Below, in pieces: positions 1-6,185 of a stretch of DNA of 19,008 nt. A program made the position numbers and the translations under genes. Numbering within the stretch: position 1 is the first letter of the stretch; each line of letters begins with the position of its first letter. The notes beneath the pieces were generated by a model. It did not search any database. It was not told where the DNA came from and saw only the letters and a list, made by a program, of their open reading frames with translations. Source of the stretch: Myxococcota bacterium (GTDB lineage Bacteria; Myxococcota_A; UBA796; GCA-2862545); NCBI GenBank assembly GCA_039208735.1, contig JBCCQY010000177.1, positions 1 through 19,008 of the forward strand. Direction: 5' to 3'.

Positions 1-1310
1 AGCACGAGTGCCAAAGCCGTGCCCCGAGCTACGGCGAGCCCCCAGTCCATCAACACCACCTGGCCATGCGGACCGACTTTGATGTTGGCCGGCTTCACAT
101 CGCCATGAACGATGCCTTGGCTGTGGGCGTAGCCAAGCGCATCCCCCACCCGGGCGATGACCTCGGCAAGCCGACGCAGGTTCCACCCGTTCGGGGTCAC
201 GCCAAAGCCGTGGGGCCCGGAACGTTCGTGGAACGCCTGCAGGACCTCGCTGAACTCGGGCCCGCTGACCTCCTCCATCGTGTAGAAGGCGCGACCATCT
301 TCGAGTCGGCCGAACTCGTGTACGGCGACGATGCCCGGATGCGAGAGCGCCGCGGTGCGACGGGCCTCGTCGACGAACGCATCCTCGTCTCGGTGCTCGG
401 GATGCTGCAGCTTCAGGGCCACGTCACGCCGCATGACGGCGTCCCGCACGCGCCAGACCTCTCCCATCCCGCCAACTCCTAGCTGAACGTCTGGCGTGTA
501 GCGGCCCGCGCCCAGTCGGACGACGGCATTCACCTCGGCGAGCTGTTGCACGATGGCGACGTCGGATTCGAAACGGCCGTCCTCGAGACGTTCGCATACC
601 TCGTCGAGCCCCCTAATGGGCGCTTGCGCTGACGAATCGGCCAACCGCCACCCCCGAATCAGCTCGCCGAGTTGGCGACGGTCCTCGGCGAAACTTCCGT
701 GACGGTGCAGGGCCGGAGGTGGCAACACGATGGAGCCGCGAGGCGTGACCCCGGGGGCCCCGGCCGACAGTCCACCGTGAGCGGCTCCTCGTTCATGCAG
801 GGTGGCCATCGCGGTGGCCGCTTCCATGGCCCACCGCACCGAGGCCAGTGGGTCGATGCCGAGGTGCTGGGGCAGCGACCGACGCGGCGGCAATAAGGCC
901 ACGACCTGCCATCCGTCCTCCGTTCGGGTGACGGCATCCCACGCCACGATGGCATCGGGCATGTCGAGGGGGCCAAGGGTGGCCTGGCGGCGCTCGAGGA
1001 CCGACGAGACATCGGCCGGCAAAAAGGCCAACAGTCGCTCGGAGTCGCCCCACCGTTCGATGCGGAGAGGCACCAAACCGTCTCCTGCGATGAGTTCGAC
1101 GAAATCGCCCATGGCGATTCGCGTGAGCGCATCGGACCACCGGGCGACGGATGGATCGGGTGGCAGCGTGGTCTGGGGCGACGACACAAACCGCTCGGCA
1201 TCGATCAAACGCCTTCGCTCGACCCGACACGCCGGACAGCCCGCCAGGTGGTCCTCGGTGGCCGGGTCGAGCGGGGTGGCCAGCAGGTGGTCGGCCCCAG
1301 GATGATCCAT
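1..1310 (-). CDS. Hanks-type Ser/Thr protein kinase with N-terminal zf-HC2-like zinc finger and degenerate kinase-like domain (3'-partial, continues past the left edge)
   Basis: Absent from the ORF track because it has no stop in the window; translated by hand from ATG 1310. It begins MDHPGADHLLATPLDPATEDHLAGCPACRVERRRL. Kinase motifs: LGVGGMGEVW (Gly loop, ~453-482), DVALK (~411-425), FVDEAR, LSHPGIVAVHEFGRLEDGRAFYTMEEV, YAHSQGIVHGDVKPANI (~81-131), VVLMDWGLA (~33-59). The frame is open from 1310 to the window edge. Confidence 0.93.
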   Translation of the reverse strand, partial: MDHPGADHLLATPLDPATEDHLAGCPACRVERRRLIDAERFVSSPQTTLPPDPSVARWSDALTRIAMGDFVELIAGDGLVPLRIERWGDSERLLAFLPADVSSVLERRQATLGPLDMPDAIVAWDAVTRTEDGWQVVALLPPRRSLPQHLGIDPLASVRWAMEAATAMATLHERGAAHGGLSAGAPGVTPRGSIVLPPPALHRHGSFAEDRRQLGELIRGWRLADSSAQAPIRGLDEVCERLEDGRFESDVAIVQQLAEVNAVVRLGAGRYTPDVQLGVGGMGEVWRVRDAVMRRDVALKLQHPEHRDEDAFVDEARRTAALSHPGIVAVHEFGRLEDGRAFYTMEEVSGPEFSEVLQAFHERSGPHGFGVTPNGWNLRRLAEVIARVGDALGYAHSQGIVHGDVKPANIKVGPHGQVVLMDWGLAVARGTALALV

Positions 1311-1330
1311 CGCGGCGGCATATCGCGCCC

Positions 1331-3520
1331 CTACGGGGACGCACCACTCCACCGATTCGGCGGAACGTGGGCCGCCACCGCGTCCGGAATCGGAACGAAG
1401 ATCGCATCATCGATCCGCACCGGACCGAACCGGCCCGTCGCCGCCAACGGCTGTTCGAGGATGGCCTTTGCATGATCCCGGGCCTGGGTGTGATTGAAGG
1501 CGGGACGAGCCCCGTTCTTGAGGCTGCGGATCCAAAGGTAGAGCGTCGTATACACCCCATCACCCTTGTCTTGGGAAATGACGTTGTGACCATAGACGCC
1601 AGGCCAGCCCGGATGGATGATCTCGCCACCCTCGAGGATGACGTGGGCCTGCCAATAGCGAACCCCCCGGTCCTGATCCCCCGTCGTGGCACTGCCATCG
1701 GCGCCGCGCAACCTGGCGGTCCCCCCGCTGGGAGCCGTGCCTAGCGCCGTCCAGTGGTCGACGTACCGGATGCGGGGAATTCCTTCAATGGCCGGTCGCG
1801 AGACGTTGTTCCGCTCCGCGAAGTCCGCCGGCAGACGCTCGAGTTCGCGATCGGGCCAATACCGCGGATCGAGTTGTGGGAAGAGCTGCGGGACGGTGAT
1901 CGGCATGCCAGGTGAGGTGAGCCGCTCGACCAGCCGCCACAGTTGCTCGAGGCAGTCCTCGGGAGGGATGCGCACCGCGCCCGCCCGATGCTGTGGAGGC
2001 CACGGAAGCCACGGAATGGTCAAGCGCTTCGTCGGGTCGTTGTACTCCGCCACGTCTTGGACCGTGTCGCGCCCGGCCGTCGAGAAGTTCCAATCGTTTT
2101 GGACCTCGATGCCGATCGACGTGTCGCTGTGGGCATCCGCGTGGGACACGCGTTCCAGCAGGTCTGCCATCTGCGACACGGTTCCGCCGCGGGCCGCCCG
2201 GAAGTGCGCGCTGATGTTGGTCGAGGACGCGTTGCTCGTGGTGTCGTGAATGACCACCGAACCCGTATTCCGCACCGTCCGGATCGTGGTGTAGTCGTAG
2301 CGATCGATGCGTTTGGAATAGTGGTGGACCTGCGCTGCCGACCAATTCTCGAACTGAGCGATCCCGCGGGTTGCGTACTCCGCACAGCCCACGATCATCG
2401 TATTCTGCCTTTGGGGCGTATAGTCCGGAACGCTGTTTGGATTCCCTCCCCGTCTGGCGGCATCCGTACAGTCGAGCCCCGGGGTGACGATCGTGCCCCT
2501 GGGTTCACCGCGTCGACGATTCTCGAACTGCGCATCCGACCCCAGGAACCGAGGGGGCAAGGCGGCGGGGGTCGGGTTGGTGTACTCGAGGGCGAAGACG
2601 TAGCTCTCTGGACCATTCTCGGCGGCGAAGGTCTTGCGACGTCCGGTGTGAGTCGGCCGACACGTCCGCTCCAGGTAGGGATAGGTCGGCGGGTCCGTCG
2701 GGGGCTCGACCACGGGGATGATGTGCTGAGCAAAGCCATCCGTCGTTGTGGGAAAGAGGCTGATGTCATCGATGGAGTCGATGTCACGGAAGTGTGGTCC
2801 GATGCTGTCGAGCAGTTCCGTATACGCAATGTCGCCGTTGAGGGAAAGGGCATCCTGCAAGATCGAAATGGGGCAGACGAAGGACTGATCGGCGCGCTGG
2901 GCGGTGATGCGCAGGTTCGGAACGGCGAGGTCGAATGCCGTCAGGGGGAAGCCCTTGCGCAGGAAGAGGCTGGCCTCGCCCCAGGCCGTCGTCCAACGGA
3001 TCCACTGGGAGATGCGCAAGATGTCCGTCTCATCACTGGGCTCCGGGGGGCGTGGATCCGCCCCTGGAGGAGGGGGCTCGGTGGGACCTCCCCCGGCGAG
3101 GTAGTCCCGCCACCATTGCTGGAGATGCCCCACCCCGCCAGCGGTCGACTGTAGGCGAAGGACCTCGGCATCGATCGCCGTACTGAATTGCACCAGGTCC
3201 ACCCCCATGAAGTAGAGGTGGGTGATCCGAGGGTTGTCGCGGTTGCGCCGCCGATGCAAACGCCCACGGCCGTGGTGCGGAAGTTCGCACACGATCGTCG
3301 TCCGAGGCACCGTTCCCGGGGGCAGCGCGGCGATGGCGGGCGTAGTGAGATCTTCAGCTCGGAGCGCCCGGTAGTGGCCGTCGACGACCGTGTGAATCCG
3401 AAACAGCGCCGAGGACGGTGCGGGCCGAAGCAACCGGACGAGCAGTTCGGACCACCCGGGCAAGAACCCTACGGCCACATGGAGGTCCTCGAGATTGGGG
3501 TTGGGTTCGATCATCCCCAT
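1331..3520 (-). CDS. N-acetylmuramoyl-L-alanine amidase (Amidase_2/AmpD/PGRP-like) domain protein, paralogue B, 729 aa, with unrecognised N-terminal domain
   Basis: C-terminal 729 aa of track ORF 1331..4270. The start is placed at ATG 3520 (MGMIEPNP) because GGAGGAG lies at 3533-3527, the upstream stop is at 3525-3523, and it aligns with the start of paralogue A. Amidase motifs: VVIHDT (Zn His), ISAHF, VSHA, SIGIEVQN (catalytic Glu), VYGHNVISQDKGDG (Zn His and Asp, as in AmpD GH...K.D.G). Confidence 0.85.
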   Translation of the reverse strand: MGMIEPNPNLEDLHVAVGFLPGWSELLVRLLRPAPSSALFRIHTVVDGHYRALRAEDLTTPAIAALPPGTVPRTTIVCELPHHGRGRLHRRRNRDNPRITHLYFMGVDLVQFSTAIDAEVLRLQSTAGGVGHLQQWWRDYLAGGGPTEPPPPGADPRPPEPSDETDILRISQWIRWTTAWGEASLFLRKGFPLTAFDLAVPNLRITAQRADQSFVCPISILQDALSLNGDIAYTELLDSIGPHFRDIDSIDDISLFPTTTDGFAQHIIPVVEPPTDPPTYPYLERTCRPTHTGRRKTFAAENGPESYVFALEYTNPTPAALPPRFLGSDAQFENRRRGEPRGTIVTPGLDCTDAARRGGNPNSVPDYTPQRQNTMIVGCAEYATRGIAQFENWSAAQVHHYSKRIDRYDYTTIRTVRNTGSVVIHDTTSNASSTNISAHFRAARGGTVSQMADLLERVSHADAHSDTSIGIEVQNDWNFSTAGRDTVQDVAEYNDPTKRLTIPWLPWPPQHRAGAVRIPPEDCLEQLWRLVERLTSPGMPITVPQLFPQLDPRYWPDRELERLPADFAERNNVSRPAIEGIPRIRYVDHWTALGTAPSGGTARLRGADGSATTGDQDRGVRYWQAHVILEGGEIIHPGWPGVYGHNVISQDKGDGVYTTLYLWIRSLKNGARPAFNHTQARDHAKAILEQPLAATGRFGPVRIDDAIFVPIPDAVAAHVPPNRWSGASP
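2102..2120 (+). repeat. 19-bp exact direct repeat, copy 1 (GACCTCGATGCCGATCGAC)
   Basis: Identical to 17505-17523; encodes SIGIEV in both amidase paralogues. Confidence 0.85.
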
Positions 3521-3522
3521 GG

Positions 3523-4860
3523 TCAACTCCTCCAACCCGGAAGGGACCAGGCTTGCTGGCTGCGGGCCCGCAGCGTCCAAGCTGCACTCGTGGCGACGAC
3601 CCGTACGAAGGTCACGGGGTCCAACGGACGGGCGAAACGCAGGACGACCGCCACCGACGCCCTGCCCTGGGCCGGCACGTGCACGAGGGGCTCGCGCAGC
3701 TCGTGGGCAACCGTGCGCCAGCCGTACCCATCGGGCGCTCCGAGGCGCTCCTCGAACGTCAGTGCCACATCCTCGGCATCGACATCGCCTTCGTTGGTCA
3801 ACGCTACGACGGCGAGCACCTCGACAACGTCGTCCTGGACTCGGGAGTCTCGTGCCGACAACGCCACCGCGATCGTGGGTGAGGGAACCTCCGCCGGGTT
3901 CAAGACGTCGGACGCCACCGGAGCGCTGGCCTGAAGGCGCGTGGCGGATCGCACCAAGGCTCGGAATTCGTGAGGCGCCGCGACCTGCCGCCAATTCAGC
4001 GAAGCGTGCCCCACCATCCCGTCCGGACTGGGGGTTCCCGGTTCCCACAAGCCGACGGGGAACCAACCTGGCGCCCCTTGGGAGCGCACTTGGATCTCGA
4101 CGTCGGCGTCGCCCAGCGGGGTCGTCGTGCGAAGGGTCAAGGGGATCCGTCGGGCGGGCCCGGTATCGACCGGCGCTCCCGCCTCGAGCACCAGATCCCC
4201 AGGCGTAGCGTCCCCCAGGGCCACATCGACCGTCGCGACCTCTGGCGCATGCGCGGTTCGAGGCCACCACGCGAGCGCCCGCAGCTTGGTGGTCGCAGAG
4301 GACCGATGGCCGTGTCGAATCGTCGCGTCGATGCGAAAGGTCCGCGTCTCGCCAGGCGAAAGCGAAGGCACCGCGATGGGCGCATGAAGGGGAGGTTCGA
4401 CCACATCGGGTCGATCGGCCACCAGGTGCACGACGAGGCCCTCGAGCACGCGGGACGTGGCATTGGTCAAGGACACCGAGGCCGCGGTCTCCGCATTCCC
4501 CAGGTCGGTCTCGATGACCGGAGTCGTCTCGAGCAACAACCCCAAGAGCGGAGCCGGCGCCGTCGTGCCCGCGCGGTGGTCGGGAGAAAGAACGTCGAAC
4601 CGGAGTTGTTGGCCGGTCGTAGGGGGGCGCGGAACCCGTTGACGACGCAGCCAGAGATGCGGGCGGCCGTCCGTTCCTCGAGCCAGCACGTACCGGGTTT
4701 CAACCCGGACCCCGAGTTCTGAAATGACTCCGGCCTCGATGGCGTGCACCGCGCCCGAAGGATCGGCGAGCAGGGGACTCCGGGGCTCGGGCGTCAAACG
4801 AGGTTCGCCGTCGCGAAGATCGGCGAGTCGGGACTGGACGAATCGGCGATGGGTGGGCAT
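3523..4860 (-). CDS. Hypothetical protein, 445 aa: conserved ~90-aa module (normally the C-terminus of the upstream family) followed by Ig/CARDB-like beta domains
   Basis: Track ORF 3523..4965, start moved to ATG 4860 (GGAGG at 4870-4866, upstream TAG at 4874-4872). N-terminal motifs are RRFVQSRLAD, GVRVETRYVLARGTDGRPHLWLRRQR and LRFDVL. These are followed by SVSLTNATS...VPSLSPGETRTFRI and VVALTNEGDVDAEDVALTF...VHVPAQGRASVAV, which resemble CARDB/Ig-like folds. It could instead be the frameshifted 3' part of the upstream gene. Confidence 0.72.
   Translation of the reverse strand: MPTHRRFVQSRLADLRDGEPRLTPEPRSPLLADPSGAVHAIEAGVISELGVRVETRYVLARGTDGRPHLWLRRQRVPRPPTTGQQLRFDVLSPDHRAGTTAPAPLLGLLLETTPVIETDLGNAETAASVSLTNATSRVLEGLVVHLVADRPDVVEPPLHAPIAVPSLSPGETRTFRIDATIRHGHRSSATTKLRALAWWPRTAHAPEVATVDVALGDATPGDLVLEAGAPVDTGPARRIPLTLRTTTPLGDADVEIQVRSQGAPGWFPVGLWEPGTPSPDGMVGHASLNWRQVAAPHEFRALVRSATRLQASAPVASDVLNPAEVPSPTIAVALSARDSRVQDDVVEVLAVVALTNEGDVDAEDVALTFEERLGAPDGYGWRTVAHELREPLVHVPAQGRASVAVVLRFARPLDPVTFVRVVATSAAWTLRARSQQAWSLPGWRS
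3527..3533 (-). promoter_or_regulatory. Shine-Dalgarno GGAGGAG for amidase B
   Basis: The minus strand reads GGAGGAG-TTGACC-ATG (6-nt spacer), spanning the upstream TGA. Confidence 0.8.
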
Positions 4861-4865
4861 CGGGA

Positions 4866-4870
4866 CCTCC
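4866..4870 (-). promoter_or_regulatory. Candidate Shine-Dalgarno GGAGG for the 445-aa gene
   Basis: The minus strand reads TAG-C-GGAGG-TCCCG-ATG (5-nt spacer). It could also be chance GCG GAG GTC coding sequence. Confidence 0.55.
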
Positions 4871-4871
4871 G

Positions 4872-6170
4872 CTACGTCGTATCCGCGACGTGATCGTGGA
4901 CCGGGCCCACCACGTCCACATGACGCTCGAGTTGAGGGGGAAGCTGCAAGGTGTAGGGGTGCCAATGCGGCCGGAGCGGCGACGTGGGGTCGTACCGCTG
5001 CGCCACGGCCTCCGAGGCATCCGCCACAAAGCCAGGCTCGAGGGGCTCCCGGTCTTTGGGGCGCTCGTCAGAGACCTCCACGCCATCGATGCGCCGCTCC
5101 ACGGCCCAGAGCAAGTTGGCATCTTCGTCCACGGCGAGATCGACCTCGTCGATCGGCGGCCCCGCCAGAGGGCTCGCGGCCAAGGGGAAGACCGGCAGCG
5201 ACCAGCGAGAGGGCACCCCGTCGACATCGAAGAGCGACCAATCCCCCTCCGGAGGCGACAGCGTGTGGCGTTCTCCGAAGGAATCGGTGACCTCGATGGA
5301 CGACAGCGTCACCATCTGGCCCACCAGCGGGGTTTCGGGCGCCTTCACCAGAAAGAGGAACCAGTCGTCGCTGTGGGAACTCACCACGTCGATCAACAGC
5401 AGCGTGGCAAAGTGGCTCCGATCGGGAGGAAATCCACCCACATCGAAGGATCGAGGCTCAATCTCCCACCATCTCGGCGCAGGTGCACCCTGGTAGTTCA
5501 TACGGATCGGGAGAGTGACGGCACGCTCCATCACGCTCTGGTCTGGAGCCGGACCGGGGCGACCATCCGCCGAATACCAATCGATGGCGCCTCCCGTCGA
5601 CGCGATGTCGAACCGCACGGGCCCCGCATCGACCTGCCCGGTATGGATGAATCGACTTGGGTCCCACGTGTCACCGAGCGGAGCCCGCGCCTCGTCGGGG
5701 AGGTCGGCAAGCCACTCGGCAGGCACGCCCAATGCCTCACGGGTCCGTGCGATGCGCAGCCCGTCCGGGGCGACCCCATTGAACGCATCGTACGGCGGAG
5801 GCAAGCCACGGGCCGATAGGGCCCGGAGGCCCTCGACCAAATCCGGCCGTTCGGCCTCGGCCCTCGCCACCCATCGCGCCCCATGCCGAAGCCGTCGTCC
5901 TGGCGTCCACCACTGGTCGGGATGGGCTTCGACCAACGCGGACGTCGGAGTGGTTCGTGCATCGCGGCCCTGTGGATCGGTGAGCGGCTGCAGGGTGACT
6001 TGGTAGTGCACCAAGATCGGCGAGCCAGCATCTTCCCCTTGCAACTCGCCCAGTTGCCACTGCCGAGTCAAGAACCAGGCAGGATCCGCAATCGGCGCGG
6101 TGAATCCCTGATCGAGGTCGCCGGATGGAGCCGCGGGCTCCAGACGAGCGTAGCTATCAAAGAACGGCAT
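4872..6170 (-). CDS. Conserved hypothetical protein of DUF6603-associated clusters ('DPAWFLTRQWQLGELQGEDAGSP' family), 432 aa, apparently lacking its usual C-terminal module
   Basis: Track ORF 4872..6176; ATG 6170 preferred because GGGGAGG lies at 6183-6177, 6 nt upstream. Motifs RLEP, DPAWFLTRQWQLGELQGEDAGSPI, IDWYSAD, YQGAPAPRWWEIE, DDWFL, IEVTDSFGE and DEDANLLWAVER match a recurrent uncharacterised family that I recall being encoded next to DUF6603 genes. Confidence 0.82.
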   Translation of the reverse strand: MPFFDSYARLEPAAPSGDLDQGFTAPIADPAWFLTRQWQLGELQGEDAGSPILVHYQVTLQPLTDPQGRDARTTPTSALVEAHPDQWWTPGRRLRHGARWVARAEAERPDLVEGLRALSARGLPPPYDAFNGVAPDGLRIARTREALGVPAEWLADLPDEARAPLGDTWDPSRFIHTGQVDAGPVRFDIASTGGAIDWYSADGRPGPAPDQSVMERAVTLPIRMNYQGAPAPRWWEIEPRSFDVGGFPPDRSHFATLLLIDVVSSHSDDWFLFLVKAPETPLVGQMVTLSSIEVTDSFGERHTLSPPEGDWSLFDVDGVPSRWSLPVFPLAASPLAGPPIDEVDLAVDEDANLLWAVERRIDGVEVSDERPKDREPLEPGFVADASEAVAQRYDPTSPLRPHWHPYTLQLPPQLERHVDVVGPVHDHVADTT

Positions 6171-6176
6171 GGGCAC

Positions 6177-6183
6177 CCTCCCC
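6177..6183 (-). promoter_or_regulatory. Shine-Dalgarno GGGGAGG for the 432-aa gene
   Basis: The minus strand reads TGA-GC-GGGGAGG-GTGCCC-ATG (6-nt spacer). Confidence 0.75.
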
Positions 6184-6185
6184 GC

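Noticed and set aside
66..482. Plus-strand 138-aa ORF (MRTDFDVGRLHIAMND...)
   Set aside because: Classic antisense shadow of the kinase catalytic region on the minus strand.
659..1698. Minus-strand track ORFs 659..1201 and 793..1698
   Set aside because: Wrong frames. The third minus frame (ATG 1310) carries the zinc finger and kinase motifs.
3521..4270. N-terminal 250 aa of the 979-aa track ORF
   Set aside because: Arg/Gly/Pro-rich off-frame translation overlapping the 445-aa gene. The SD and paralogue alignment place the start at 3520.
4936..4940. C5 run (minus strand) as a programmed -1 frameshift site
   Set aside because: Not a canonical X XXY YYZ heptamer, and codon bias stays in the upstream frame for about 20 more codons.
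4861..4965. ATG 4965 as the start of the 480-aa ORF
   Set aside because: It overlaps the upstream gene by 94 nt with many A/T-ending codons and no clear SD. ATG 4860 or a frameshift explains the region better.
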